Of a stretch of DNA of 64,000 bases, positions 9,284 to 19,617 are shown in pieces. How positions within the stretch are numbered: the first letter of the stretch is position 1; each line of letters opens with the position of its first letter. A program made the position numbers and the translations under genes. The DNA comes from an uncultured delta proteobacterium (lineage in GTDB: Bacteria > Myxococcota_A > Polyangia > Polyangiales > B10-G4). The DNA is taken from contig CAVSGI010000010.1 of the NCBI GenBank assembly GCA_963727445.1, positions 1,472,001 to 1,536,000 of the forward strand, in the 5' to 3' direction. The notes beneath the pieces were generated by a model. It saw only the letters and a program-made list of their open reading frames with translations, was not told the DNA's origin and made no database searches.

Positions 9284-11673
9284 GGCGCACCTCCCACGCA
9301 GGTCACGGCGACGCTGTCGCCGCTGTTCTCCACCGGCCCGAAGCCGCTCACGAAGCCCTCCGAAACGCAGTAGCGTTTGATCGCGGCGTTGCATGCCCCG
9401 CCGATCCGCGTCGCGCTGGTACACGACGGGTGGTGGGTCGCGAGGACGCCGTAAGTGATAGAGCGCGTCTCGGCGTCGCGCACGCAGGTCGCCACCGCGA
9501 CGTCACCGCTGTTCTCGGCCGGCCCGAAGCCGCTGACGAAACCGTTGGCCGCGCAGAACCGGTGGAAAGCGGCGTTGCAGTTCGGCCCCATCCGTTCGCG
9601 CGTTCCGTCGCAGACGTCGTGATGGGTCCTCAGCACCGAGTAGGACGTCGTGAAGCTCTGACCGTCGACGCAGGTGAAGTGGGCGACGGTCCCGGAGCTC
9701 TCGACCGGCCCGAAGCCGCCCGCGCTGCAGCCCGTGGCGGTGCAGTAGCGGCTGATGGCGGCGTTGCAGCTCGGGCCGACGACCTCCGTGACCCCGTCAC
9801 AGCCGGGGTGATGAGCGATCAGGTCGGCGAAGGTCCCTTCGATGAGCCGGGTGCCGAGACCTTCGTCCACCATGCCGTCGCAGTCGTCGTCTGCGCCATC
9901 ACAGGTCTCCGCCGCCGGGGCGAAGGTGCACTCGCCCCACGCGCCGCCCGCGCACACCTGTTCGCCGGTGCCGCAGCTCGCGTCACAGGCCCGGCGCTCG
10001 CCGGTGATGCAGGCGCCTCCGCCGGTCGCGCCCGCCGGCGGAAGCGCGTAGCGGAACCCGGGGCTCAGGACGATCGCCTCCACCAGCGCCACGAAGCGGT
10101 GACCGCTGTCGCGGAATGCATCCGTGAGCGAAGCGACCACGACCTCCTCGCCCTCCTCCTCGAGGTGTCCCGTCGCATAGCGGTAGAGCCGCCGGGCCAC
10201 GCACCCCGCGAGGCGGTCGTCCTCCGCGAGCACCGCACCCAGCTCGGCGGCGTCGGCCACGGCCTCGCCGTCGAGATCGGTCGCGGTGTCGATGGGAAGA
10301 CCGCCCTCCGTCTCGCGGTATTCGCCCAGCGGCCCGAAGCGCTCGAGGGCGAAGCCGATGGGATCCATCCGCTCGTGGCAGCTCGCGCACGCGGGATTCG
10401 CCCGGTGCTCCTCGAGTCGCTCGCGGAGCGTCTGAGGCCCGGTCTCCGCGTCTTCGGCGAGGGTTGTGTCGACGCCGGGGGGCGGGGGCGGGATGTCCTC
10501 GCAGAGCAGCCCCATCCGCACGAATCGCCCCCGCTTCGTCGGCGAGGTGAGCGTCGCGTGGGAGAAGAGCGCCAGGATGCCTGCGCGTCCGAGGAGGCCC
10601 CCGCGCTGCGCTTCGGGCGGAAGGATCGTGCGCTCGAAGTCTTCGGTGGGGGGCGGGAGGTCGTAGAGCGCGGCCAGCTCGGCGTCGACGAAGGTGACGT
10701 CGGTGTCGAAGAGATCGCGGAAGTCGGCTCCGTCGTCGAGCGCGATCTCCGCGAAGAGCAGCTCGAGCTCCTGACGCATCGCCGCGCGCAGGGACGGCGT
10801 CCACTCCGGGTAGAGGTCGGGATCCTTGGCGACGGCGTCGAGGCGCTGGAGGCTGATGAGCTCACCGAAGAAGCTCGAGAGCGCAGGCGCCGCGCGGGGA
10901 TCGTCGAGCATGCGCTGGACCTCGCGCCGCAGCCCGTCGTCGGTGACCAGCGCGCCCCGCTCACCCGCGTCGAGGAGCTGCGCGTCGGGCGTCGAACGCC
11001 ACAGGAGGTACGAAAGGCGGCTCGCCATCTCGGTGCTGGTGTAGCGATAGCGGCTCGTGTCCCCCGGGTCCGCTTCGCCGAGCTCCACCCGGAAGAGGAA
11101 GTCGGGCGACTGCAGGATGGCCACCAGCGTCCAGCGCAGCCCTTCCACGGGTGAGCGCAGGCGCGCACCGACATCGGCGGCGAGGGCCGCGAACGCCGCC
11201 TCTTCTTCGGCAGAGAGCGCGCGGCGGAATGCGCGCCGGCCGAAGTCAGCGATGAAACCGGTGGTGCACGCGTCGTCTGCACTTGTCGGCTCGCAGCCGA
11301 GGAGCGCGCCGCGGCGCCCTTCGTCGTCGAAGACCGCGCTGGCCACCGCGATGGCGGCGTTCTCGTACTGCTCGGCGGCGAGAGGGGGGATGGTGAGCTC
11401 GCTGCCGCCGACGGTGGAGAAGCCGTGGATGAAGGTGTCGACCTCGAGCGCGTCGGGGATGGGCGTCCCCTCGGGCATCAGATCGCGAAGTGTGTTCCGG
11501 TATTCCTCGCGGGTCAGCCGGTGGAGGGTAGCGGGCGCTGGGACGAAGACCTCCCCCTCTGCGGGCCCGGGTTCATCGGGTTCACGACCGGTCCCTGGCC
11601 CCGCGCCGGGGTCGCCCACGTACCCCTTGCAGCCGGTGAGGAGGAGGACGGAGAGGAGGACTGGCGCACGCAT
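9280..11673 (-). CDS. DUF1587/1595/1592/1588/1585-type protein with C-terminal triple Cys-rich repeat
   Basis: LHRLTREEYRNTLRDL, LQSPDFLFRVE, ASRLSYLLW, TSPTKRG, CASCHERMDPIGF; lipobox LLTGC. Confidence 0.9.
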   Translation of the reverse strand: MRAPVLLSVLLLTGCKGYVGDPGAGPGTGREPDEPGPAEGEVFVPAPATLHRLTREEYRNTLRDLMPEGTPIPDALEVDTFIHGFSTVGGSELTIPPLAAEQYENAAIAVASAVFDDEGRRGALLGCEPTSADDACTTGFIADFGRRAFRRALSAEEEAAFAALAADVGARLRSPVEGLRWTLVAILQSPDFLFRVELGEADPGDTSRYRYTSTEMASRLSYLLWRSTPDAQLLDAGERGALVTDDGLRREVQRMLDDPRAAPALSSFFGELISLQRLDAVAKDPDLYPEWTPSLRAAMRQELELLFAEIALDDGADFRDLFDTDVTFVDAELAALYDLPPPTEDFERTILPPEAQRGGLLGRAGILALFSHATLTSPTKRGRFVRMGLLCEDIPPPPPGVDTTLAEDAETGPQTLRERLEEHRANPACASCHERMDPIGFALERFGPLGEYRETEGGLPIDTATDLDGEAVADAAELGAVLAEDDRLAGCVARRLYRYATGHLEEEGEEVVVASLTDAFRDSGHRFVALVEAIVLSPGFRYALPPAGATGGGACITGERRACDASCGTGEQVCAGGAWGECTFAPAAETCDGADDDCDGMVDEGLGTRLIEGTFADLIAHHPGCDGVTEVVGPSCNAAISRYCTATGCSAGGFGPVESSGTVAHFTCVDGQSFTTSYSVLRTHHDVCDGTRERMGPNCNAAFHRFCAANGFVSGFGPAENSGDVAVATCVRDAETRSITYGVLATHHPSCTSATRIGGACNAAIKRYCVSEGFVSGFGPVENSGDSVAVTCVGGAP

Positions 11674-11687
11674 CTCCCCCCGTTCAC

Positions 11688-11703
11688 TGCAGGCTGCGTG
11701 CCG
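11688..11703 (-). promoter_or_regulatory. Putative sigma-54 (-24/-12) promoter
   Basis: Minus strand CGGCACGCAGCCTGCA = GG-N10-GC, about 15 nt upstream of the ATG at 11673. Confidence 0.5.
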
Positions 11704-11829
11704 CGCCGGAAGCGGCGAGAAGTCCCGATTAAGCGGATCGGAAGCCGCGTTCGCGCCCGCGACGACCCCAGTCGCGCGAAGCCGCGTCCAGGGCCTGAAC
11801 GCCTCAGAGCGCCTTCGATCCCACGACCG

Positions 11830-12468
11830 TCACTCCGTATCGGACACGCCGAGGAGCTCGACGTCGAAGAGCAGCATCCCGCCCGGGCGGCCGGGCCGGC
11901 CCTGGTAGGCGAGGTACTCGGGGATGAAGAAGCGACGCACCTCGCCCGGCACCATGAGCTGCATTCCCTCGGTCCAGCCGTCGATGACCTGGTCGAGGCG
12001 GAAGCGCAGGGGAGAGCCGCGATTCACGCTCGCGTCGAAGACGCCGTCCGCGGAGTTCCAACCCAGGTAGTGCACCTCGACGTAGTCGTTCGCGGTGGGA
12101 TGCTGGGAGCCGGTCCCGGCGCGGACCACGCAGGTGCCGAGACCCGAGTCGGTGATGTGGACCCCTTCGGGCATCTCGCTCGCGGGAACCGGCGCTTCGG
12201 GGAAAGAATAGGTGCCTGGGACCTCCTGCATCTCGGCCCCGCTCGGACACAGCTGACCGGCGCGCCCCCGCATCGTCTGGTCTTCGGGACAGCTCCAGCC
12301 GGGATCGGCGGAGATGGTGGCGCACACCACGTCGACAGGCGGATTCGATGCCTCTCGTTCGTCGCCCGCACCCTCGTGCGACTCCGACGCGGTCTCGGGC
12401 TCACGACCGGGAGGCGAGGAGCACGCGAGGAGGAGGATGCCCAAGGTGGGGAGGAGGAGCTTGGTCAT
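11830..12468 (-). CDS. FKBP-type peptidyl-prolyl isomerase, lipoprotein
   Basis: VEVHYLG...FDAS..RG.P..F.L.QVIDGWTEGMQLMVPGEVRRFFIP..LAY..LLFDVELL; lipobox LLLAC. Confidence 0.92.
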   Translation of the reverse strand: MTKLLLPTLGILLLACSSPPGREPETASESHEGAGDEREASNPPVDVVCATISADPGWSCPEDQTMRGRAGQLCPSGAEMQEVPGTYSFPEAPVPASEMPEGVHITDSGLGTCVVRAGTGSQHPTANDYVEVHYLGWNSADGVFDASVNRGSPLRFRLDQVIDGWTEGMQLMVPGEVRRFFIPEYLAYQGRPGRPGGMLLFDVELLGVSDTE

Positions 12469-12527
12469 GACGCTTGGTACGCGGAGTTGGCGCCGAGCAC
12501 AAGATGGGCGAAGGCGACGAGAGGTGG

Positions 12528-14066
12528 TCACTCGGCGACGTCGCCGAGGCTCAAGACCCGGTACTCCCCCGGCCGGAGCACGATCTCCTCGGTGCGCTGA
12601 CGCAGCGGCCCGTAGACCACCGCGATGCTGTGCGGTCCGGCCGCGACCCACTCGGTGAGCGGCGTGACCCCGACGCGCTCTCCGTCGATGAAACACTCGC
12701 CGGATGGGTCGGCGCGAACCTCCAGCTGCGCCCTGCCCTCCACCTCTTCGGGGCCGGCGGTGTTGGGCGCAGGATCTCCGCGCACCGGGACCTGGCTGGG
12801 TTCCATGGGCGCGCCCGCGTCCAGCGGATCCTCGGCGGGAGGTGGGTCGGTGGTCGGGGTGACGACGCTCGGGGGATCGGCGGCAGGCGTCTCTTTTGGC
12901 GAAAGGACGAAGAGCCAGAGGCCGAGCGCCGCGAGGGTCCCGAAGCCGAGGAGGGCCACGCCCGCAAGCGCTCCCACGAGCCACCGGCGATCCTTCGACG
13001 GAGCCCTCCGCTCGAACACCTCGCCACCGCGCGAGGATTGCGGAGGCTCGGACGCGGGCGCTGCCGTCCCCCGACGCGTGGGGACTGGCGAAGGGGGCTC
13101 GGACGCGGGCGCCACGGGGACGTAGCGTGTGGGCGGCGGCTGTGGCTGTGCCGGCGATGACACTTCCGACCCCCACGCCAGGAACTCCGTCTTCTGCTCG
13201 TCTGCCACGGCGGACGCGCCGGATGCGGCCTGGTCGAGTCCTTCGAGGAGCGCGAGCGCCGTTTGTGGGCGATCGCCCGGACGATGCGCGAGGCAACGCT
13301 GGATCACCTCAGAGACCGCTGGCGGGATGTCCGGAGCAACGGCGGCGAGCGAACGCGGCCCTTCCGAGAACATCTTGCCGATCAGCTCGGGAAACGACGC
13401 GGCTTCGTAAGGGGTCGTTCCGGAGAGGCAATGAAAGAGGGTGACGCCGACCGAGTAGATGTCGGCGCGGTGATCGACCCCGGTCTCACTCTGCACCTGC
13501 TCCGGGGCGAGATAGAGCGGGGTGCCGATCACGGAGCCGGTCCCCGTGAGGCGGTCGAAGAAGGGATTGCCCATGTGCTTCGCGATCCCGAAGTCGAGGA
13601 GCTTCGGCGTGACGATGCCGTCGGCCCGCTTCGCGAGAAAGATGTTCGGTGGCTTGATGTCGCGGTGGACCACACCGGCGCGGTGGGCTGCGTCGAGCGC
13701 GGAGAGGATGGGCCGCGCCATCAGCAACGTCTCCTCGAGCGAGAGCCTCTGCTCCCGCTCGAGCCGCTGGCTCAGGTCCTCACCGTGGAGGAGCTCCATC
13801 ACCATGAACGGCGACCCCTCGTGCACGCCCGCGTCGAAGACCTGGGTGATCGCCGGGTGATCGACCTTGCCCGCCGCCACCGCCTCGCGGAAGAAGCGCT
13901 CCACCAGGTCGTTGCTCACGCGGAAGCGCTCCTCCATCACCTTGAGGGCGACCTGCTTGCGGAGCACGCCGTGGGTCGCCACCCACACCCGCCCCATGCG
14001 GCCCTCGCCGAGCGGCTTTTCGATGCGGTATTTGTCCGCGATCACGTCCCCCGGTGCGAGCGGCAC
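12528..14066 (-). CDS. Ser/Thr protein kinase with TM helix and PEGA-like domain
   Basis: LGEGRMGRV, VALK, HRDIKPPN, DFG, GTPLYLAPE; C-terminal ADPSGECFIDGERVGVTPL; start uncertain. Confidence 0.9.
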   Translation of the reverse strand: MPLAPGDVIADKYRIEKPLGEGRMGRVWVATHGVLRKQVALKVMEERFRVSNDLVERFFREAVAAGKVDHPAITQVFDAGVHEGSPFMVMELLHGEDLSQRLEREQRLSLEETLLMARPILSALDAAHRAGVVHRDIKPPNIFLAKRADGIVTPKLLDFGIAKHMGNPFFDRLTGTGSVIGTPLYLAPEQVQSETGVDHRADIYSVGVTLFHCLSGTTPYEAASFPELIGKMFSEGPRSLAAVAPDIPPAVSEVIQRCLAHRPGDRPQTALALLEGLDQAASGASAVADEQKTEFLAWGSEVSSPAQPQPPPTRYVPVAPASEPPSPVPTRRGTAAPASEPPQSSRGGEVFERRAPSKDRRWLVGALAGVALLGFGTLAALGLWLFVLSPKETPAADPPSVVTPTTDPPPAEDPLDAGAPMEPSQVPVRGDPAPNTAGPEEVEGRAQLEVRADPSGECFIDGERVGVTPLTEWVAAGPHSIAVVYGPLRQRTEEIVLRPGEYRVLSLGDVAE

Positions 14067-14139
14067 GACAGCAGGGTACGCGCCGCGAGCGGTCCGTGTC
14101 AGCCAGCGCAAGCCCGTCAGGTCGCGCTATCATCGCGGC

Positions 14140-14868
14140 GTGCGAGCTCGATGCGCCGCGACTCTCCTGGTCCTCGTGTGGGGATGCGCCGACCGAGGCC
14201 TCGAGTGGGATCTCGCCTTCGACTCGCCGGACCTCGAAGCGCAGGCGGTGCGCCTCGACGCCCGGATCCTCGCGGGCCCCTGCCCCGGCACCGACGTGCT
14301 CTGGGACGAGGTGGTGCATCCGACCACCCCGGACACGTTGCCGCCATCCCTGCCGCCAGGGTCCTATTGCTTCGGCGCTCGGGCCGGCAACGCCGCCTGC
14401 GAGTGGTTCGCCTCTGGCGAGCGCACCCTCGAGCTCCCCACCGAAGAGAGGGTGACAATCACCCTCTCCGCGCAGATGGCCACGAGCATCTGCCCGGGGA
14501 CGATGTGCAGCGAGGGGATGTGCGCGAACGTCTCGGGCACCCCGCAAACCTGCATTGGCGGCGGCTGCGTACAGACCTGCGACTCCGACTGCGTGGCGAG
14601 CTGCGCAGGGGGCGGCTGCACGCAGGTCTGCACCGGCGGCGCCGCCACCGACTGCTCCTTCAGCTGTGCCGGTGGCGATTGCACCGTTCGCTGCGAGGAC
14701 TCGACCGATTGCACCGCGTCCTGCACGACCGGCAACTGCGGGATGGAATGCACGGGCGCGATCACCGGCTGCACCTTCCAGTGCCTCGGCGGGGGATGCA
14801 GCTACACCTGCGAAGACCCCACCAACTGCACGACCAGCTGCCTGCCCATGGACTGCAGCGGGCCCTGA
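14140..14868 (+). CDS. Lipoprotein with C-terminal Cys-rich repeat region
   Basis: LVLVWGC lipobox; repeated C.GGGC...C units; start uncertain. Confidence 0.7.
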   Translation: MRARCAATLLVLVWGCADRGLEWDLAFDSPDLEAQAVRLDARILAGPCPGTDVLWDEVVHPTTPDTLPPSLPPGSYCFGARAGNAACEWFASGERTLELPTEERVTITLSAQMATSICPGTMCSEGMCANVSGTPQTCIGGGCVQTCDSDCVASCAGGGCTQVCTGGAATDCSFSCAGGDCTVRCEDSTDCTASCTTGNCGMECTGAITGCTFQCLGGGCSYTCEDPTNCTTSCLPMDCSGP

Positions 14869-14943
14869 CCAAATGGACGAGCCCGATTCCGCGACGTTCC
14901 TCGCTCGTCTGCGATCCTCCGTTCGGGAATCGTGATCGCAGAT

Positions 14944-15879
14944 TCAGGTTTGGAGCGCGCCCAGCTCTCGTGTGCGTTCGAGGATGAAGTCCCAGACCAC
15001 CGCGATCCGCGGCACGTGACGAAGCGCGCGATGCCCGACGAGCCATAACTGCTGGCTCTCGAAGGGCACGAGGGCGCGGCGGAGCGCGGGGCTGAGCTTC
15101 GCCTTCACGAGACCGTGGACGCCTTCGTAGATCGTGGGCGCCACCAACAACCCCACGCCACGCTCCGCTGCTTCGACCTGCGCGCCCATGTGACTGGTGC
15201 GGAGCCAGATCGAGTCGGGATGCACCTGCGACTCGAGCCAGCGTGCCGTCGAGAAATGCGCGAGGTCGCGATCCCACTGGATCCAGCGGGCGTCATCCAG
15301 ACGCCGAAGCGTGCCGAGCTCTTCGACGTAGGTCTTCGAGCCCAGGACGGTGTCCTCCACTTCGCCGATCTTGACGGAGACCAGGTCACCCTGAGTCGGG
15401 CGAAAGGCGCGCAGGGCGATGTCCGCCTCGCGTCGCGTCAGGTCGGCGTAGCCGATACGGCCCTCGAGCTCGAGACGGATGCCCGGATGAAGCGCCCGCA
15501 GCTCGCGCACCCAGGTCGCCACGAAGTGCTCGGCCACACCGGGAGGCGCGGTGACGCGGACGGTGCCTTCGGCCTCGCGCTCGAAGCCTGCGACGCTTCG
15601 AACGAAGGCCTCCACCGAGCCCTCCACCGCCTCGGCGTGGGGCAGCAGTGCTTCGAGGGCGGCGGTGGGCGCGAGCCCCGAGGGCAGGCGATCGAAGAGC
15701 CGAGCGCCGATCGCCTCCTCGAGAGCCTCGAGGCGCCGGCTGACGGTGGAGGCGTTCACGCCGAGGAGCGCCCCCGCTCCCTTGAGCCGCTGCTCGCGTG
15801 CGAGGGCCAGGAGATAGCGCAGGTCGTCCCACCGGAGGTCGGCGAAGGTGGCCGCCAAGGGCGGTGGATGGTCTTGCAT
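14944..15879 (-). CDS. LysR family transcriptional regulator
   Basis: WDDLRYLLALAR...LGVNASTVSRRLEALEEAIGARLFDR; ADLTRREADIALR. Confidence 0.93.
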   Translation of the reverse strand: MQDHPPPLAATFADLRWDDLRYLLALAREQRLKGAGALLGVNASTVSRRLEALEEAIGARLFDRLPSGLAPTAALEALLPHAEAVEGSVEAFVRSVAGFEREAEGTVRVTAPPGVAEHFVATWVRELRALHPGIRLELEGRIGYADLTRREADIALRAFRPTQGDLVSVKIGEVEDTVLGSKTYVEELGTLRRLDDARWIQWDRDLAHFSTARWLESQVHPDSIWLRTSHMGAQVEAAERGVGLLVAPTIYEGVHGLVKAKLSPALRRALVPFESQQLWLVGHRALRHVPRIAVVWDFILERTRELGALQT

Positions 15880-15887
15880 TTCTGCAA
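15874..15887. promoter_or_regulatory. Putative LysR binding palindrome
   Basis: TTGCA-TTTC-TGCAA inverted repeat containing T-N11-A, in the divergent LysR/epimerase junction. Confidence 0.5.
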
Positions 15888-15961
15888 CCAAGAGTCCCGA
15901 TATTGGCGGTTGTTGGCAATCCACGCAACACCCAGATTCGAGGAGAAGGGAGCGAGACGAC

Positions 15962-16933
15962 ATGACCAACGAAAACGACACCACCCGCATCCACACCATC
16001 TTCGGCGCCGGCCAGGTAGGCCGCCTCCTCGCAGACGAGCTGCTGGCCAAGGGGATCGAGGTCCGCATCGTCCGTCGCGGCGAGCCGGGATCGGCCAAGG
16101 CCGGCCTCACCTGGCTTCGGGGCGACATCACGGACGGCGACTTCGCCAAGCGCGCCGCGGAGGGCGCAGAGGTCGTCTACAACTGCACCAACCCGGCCGC
16201 CTACCACAGGTGGGAGACGCTCCTGCCGCCGCTCTATCGGGCGGTCGCGGACGCGGCACAGCACGCGGGCGCCCGACTCGTCACTCTCGACAACGTCTAC
16301 ATGTACGGCGACCGGAAGGGCGCACCCATGACGGAGGAGAGCGAGATGAGCGCCGAGACGAAGAAGGGGCGCCTCCGGGCGAAGCTCTACGCGGAGCTTC
16401 GCGCGCGGGCGGATCGCGGGGACTTTCACTTCACCTCCGGGCGGGCGTCCGACTTCTTCGGACCCGAGGCCAGCCTCGGCGCGGTCTTCTCGGAGCGCGC
16501 GTACGAGCGACTCGCCGAGGGCAAGGCGGTGGAGGTGATCGGCGACCCGGACGTGGTGCACAGCTACAGCTACGTTCCGGACGTGGCGCGCGGGCTTGCC
16601 ATCCTGGGCACGGAGCCGACACCCGAAGGCGGCGTCTTTCATCTGCCCGTCGCCTGGCAGGGCACCACGCGCGCGCTCCTCGACCGCGTGTCCGAGGCGC
16701 TCGGCCACGGCGACGCGAAGATCCGCAAGCTCCCGAGCTGGTTTCTGAGCGGCGCCGGCACCTTCGTCCCCCTCCTCGCGGCGGTGGCGGAGATGACCTA
16801 CCAGTGGGAGAGCGACTTCATCGTCGACGACGCGCGCTTTCGCGAGACCTTCGGCGTCGAGGCCACGCCGGTGGAGGAGGCGGTGAAGCAGACGGCAGCG
16901 TGGGTGAAGGCGCGCGAGGAGAAGGCGGCGTAG
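15962..16933 (+). CDS. NAD-dependent epimerase/dehydratase family (atypical SDR)
   Basis: IFGAGQVG, DNVYMYG, KKGRLR, RASDFFGP, HSYSYVPDVAR; divergent from LysR. Confidence 0.88.
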   Translation: MTNENDTTRIHTIFGAGQVGRLLADELLAKGIEVRIVRRGEPGSAKAGLTWLRGDITDGDFAKRAAEGAEVVYNCTNPAAYHRWETLLPPLYRAVADAAQHAGARLVTLDNVYMYGDRKGAPMTEESEMSAETKKGRLRAKLYAELRARADRGDFHFTSGRASDFFGPEASLGAVFSERAYERLAEGKAVEVIGDPDVVHSYSYVPDVARGLAILGTEPTPEGGVFHLPVAWQGTTRALLDRVSEALGHGDAKIRKLPSWFLSGAGTFVPLLAAVAEMTYQWESDFIVDDARFRETFGVEATPVEEAVKQTAAWVKAREEKAA

Positions 16934-16951
16934 GGCGGAGACGGACTGAGC

Positions 16952-17452
16952 CTACGTCCCGCACATGCCCATGCGACAGCTGAACCCACAATCGCCGCAC
17001 ATCATGCATGTCTCCGTGCCGCAGTCGACGTCGCACGTTGCGCCGAGATCACAGTAGATCATGCAACGCACCATCGTGCGGTTGATGTGGCACTCGGAGG
17101 TGTCCGCGCAGTGATAGCTGCAGGGTGGGGTGGTGCAGGTGAAGTCGCAGATGTCGGAGCCGCTACACGTGATGAGTCCGCCATCCCCAGGGCCCACGTC
17201 GATAGGGCCCTCGTCGGGGCCCACGTCGAACGAGGTCGAGTCCGGCATGAGGGTGTCCATCGCAGTATCTGCCCCCGTATCCGATGGTGCGGTCTCCGTG
17301 AGCGCGGTGTCCATCGCCCCGGTATCGCTCGGCGAGGTGTCTGGGAGCATGGCGTCCAGTCCGGTGTCCGGCGCTTCGTGACTGAACCCGACCCGACACC
17401 CATCCATGCCCAAGACACATGCGAGGAAAACGCGTACGGGGAAGCGGGTCAT
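16952..17452 (-). CDS. Cys-rich putative lipoprotein
   Basis: Signal ending MDGC, DT/DA-rich linker, C-terminal Cys repeats. Confidence 0.65.
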   Translation of the reverse strand: MTRFPVRVFLACVLGMDGCRVGFSHEAPDTGLDAMLPDTSPSDTGAMDTALTETAPSDTGADTAMDTLMPDSTSFDVGPDEGPIDVGPGDGGLITCSGSDICDFTCTTPPCSYHCADTSECHINRTMVRCMIYCDLGATCDVDCGTETCMMCGDCGFSCRMGMCGT

Positions 17453-17565
17453 GAGCGCCTCATCGTAAACCATCCCGGGCAGCCGCACCCCGATGGGTGG
17501 GGTGCGAGCCGGGGACGGCGACGGATCCCCAATGGTACGGTAGTCGCGCCTGGGGAGGCGTGACG

Positions 17566-19617
17566 ATGAGTGAGTGGAAGGGACGGGTCGACGGGGAGGA
17601 CGTGCTCGCCGACTCGAGTGCGGATGAAAGCGAGCTACGGCTGCGCCTCTTGCGCGCCGAAGAATCGTTGAGTGAGCAGGCTGCCCGGTGGCTGTTCGCC
17701 ATCGAGGGCACCGGGGTCGGCGTGCTCGACTGGGATATCCCCACCGGCGCGATGGAGTTCTCGGATCGCTGGCTCGAGATCACCGGCTACTCCCGTGATG
17801 AGATCGCAAACCGCTTCGAGACCCTCACGTCGCTGGTTCACCCCGACGACCTTCCGGCGGCTCTGGCCGACGCCGAGGAAGTCCTCGCCGGGCGCAAGGC
17901 CGTCCATGCGGTCGAGCACCGCCTCAAGCACCGCGAGGGTCATTGGATCTGGGTGCAGTCGCGCAGCCTGGTCACTGCGTGGACCGACGACCGACAGCCG
18001 CTCCGGATGATCGGCACCCACGTCGACATCACCGACCGGAAACGCGCGGAGGAAGCCCTCAGGGAGAGTGAGTCGCGTTTCCGTGCGCTCGCCGACGGCG
18101 CACCGATCGTCCTCTTCGTCGACGACGTGAAGAGCGGCACCCAGTTCGTGAACCGCACCTACTGCGAATATTTCGGCGTCACCTCGGCGCAGGTCGAGTC
18201 GGAAGGTTGGCGCCCGCTGGTGCACCCGGAGGACGAGGCAGCGTACGTCGCGCAGGTGATGAAGGCCGTTCGAGAGCGACTCCCCTTCCGCGCGGAGGTT
18301 CGCGTTCGCAGAGCGGACGGGCAGTGGCGGGTCGCCGAGACGGTCGCCGAGCCCCGCCTGGCGCCGAGCGGCGAGTACGTCGGCCACGTCGGCATCCTCA
18401 TCGACATCACCGATCGCAAACGCGCAGAGCGGGAGCACGCGCAAATGCAGCAACAGCTGCTCGAGTCCCAGAAGATCGAGTCGATCGGCCGCCTGGCGGG
18501 CGGCGTGGCGCACGACTTCAACAACATGCTCGGAGTGATCCTCGGGCACGTGGACCTCGCGCTGGCCAAGGCCGCCGGCACGGAGCTGGAAGACGACTTG
18601 ATCTACGTTCGCGCAGCGGCCGAGCGGTCCGCCAGCCTCACCCGACAGCTCCTGGCTTTCGCGCGCCAGCAGCCGATCTCACCTTTGGCCATCGACTTGC
18701 GTGAAACGGTCCCGCGGACCCTCATGATGCTCGGGCCGCTCATCGGAGAGAACATCGACCTGCAATGGCAGCCGGCCCTGGACCTGTGGTCGCTGAAGAT
18801 GGACCCGAGCCAGGTGGACCAGATCCTCACGAACCTCTGCGCAAATGCCCGCGATGCGATCGACGGAGTCGGAACGATCACGATCGAAGCGCGAAACGTG
18901 TCCATCGACGCCGCGGACTCCGCGGAGCTGGGGGCACCCCCCGGCGAATACGTGCGTCTCACCGTGAGAGACGATGGCTGCGGCATGACCCAGGAGACGC
19001 AGGCGCACCTCTTCGAGCCCTTCTACACCACCAAGGGCGTCGGCCGCGGCACCGGCCTCGGGCTCGCGACGGTCTATGGCATCGTCAAACAGAATGACGG
19101 GTTGTTGCACGTGGAGAGCGCGGAAGGAGCCGGAGCGAAGTTCGACATCTATCTGCCGCGCACGCACGAGGGGGCATCGCCCACGTGGATGCCCGAGCGA
19201 ACGGCAGTCCGAGCGAAGAACGGGGATGCGACGATCCTGTTGGTAGAGGATGAGCCGGCCTTCTTGCGGGTGAGCAAGAAGATGCTCGAATCCTCGGGCT
19301 ACCGGGTTCTCTCGGCCCCTTCTCCGAGCGTGGCGCTCCGACTGGCAGAGCAGCATCGCAGCACGATTCAACTGATCATCACCGATGTCGTCATGCCCGA
19401 GATGGACGGCCGACAGTTGGCTGACCAGCTCAGGCCGATCGTCCCCGAGGCCCCAGTGCTCTTCATCTCCGGTTACGCGGAGGATCACATCGCGCGGCAC
19501 GGCGTGACCGGTAACGCGCTGAACTTCCTGCAAAAGCCGTTCACGAGCACCCAGCTCGCCGCGAAAGTGCGAGCGGCGCTGGCGGAGACCGCGGGCACGC
19601 CAGCTGCACCGACCTAG
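17566..19617 (+). CDS. PAS-PAS hybrid sensor histidine kinase/response regulator
   Basis: Two PAS/PAC domains (VHPDD, DITDRK), LAGGVAHDFNNML H-box, DDGCGM, FYTTKGVGRGTGLGL, receiver LLVEDE...DVVMP...KPF. Confidence 0.95.
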   Translation: MSEWKGRVDGEDVLADSSADESELRLRLLRAEESLSEQAARWLFAIEGTGVGVLDWDIPTGAMEFSDRWLEITGYSRDEIANRFETLTSLVHPDDLPAALADAEEVLAGRKAVHAVEHRLKHREGHWIWVQSRSLVTAWTDDRQPLRMIGTHVDITDRKRAEEALRESESRFRALADGAPIVLFVDDVKSGTQFVNRTYCEYFGVTSAQVESEGWRPLVHPEDEAAYVAQVMKAVRERLPFRAEVRVRRADGQWRVAETVAEPRLAPSGEYVGHVGILIDITDRKRAEREHAQMQQQLLESQKIESIGRLAGGVAHDFNNMLGVILGHVDLALAKAAGTELEDDLIYVRAAAERSASLTRQLLAFARQQPISPLAIDLRETVPRTLMMLGPLIGENIDLQWQPALDLWSLKMDPSQVDQILTNLCANARDAIDGVGTITIEARNVSIDAADSAELGAPPGEYVRLTVRDDGCGMTQETQAHLFEPFYTTKGVGRGTGLGLATVYGIVKQNDGLLHVESAEGAGAKFDIYLPRTHEGASPTWMPERTAVRAKNGDATILLVEDEPAFLRVSKKMLESSGYRVLSAPSPSVALRLAEQHRSTIQLIITDVVMPEMDGRQLADQLRPIVPEAPVLFISGYAEDHIARHGVTGNALNFLQKPFTSTQLAAKVRAALAETAGTPAAPT

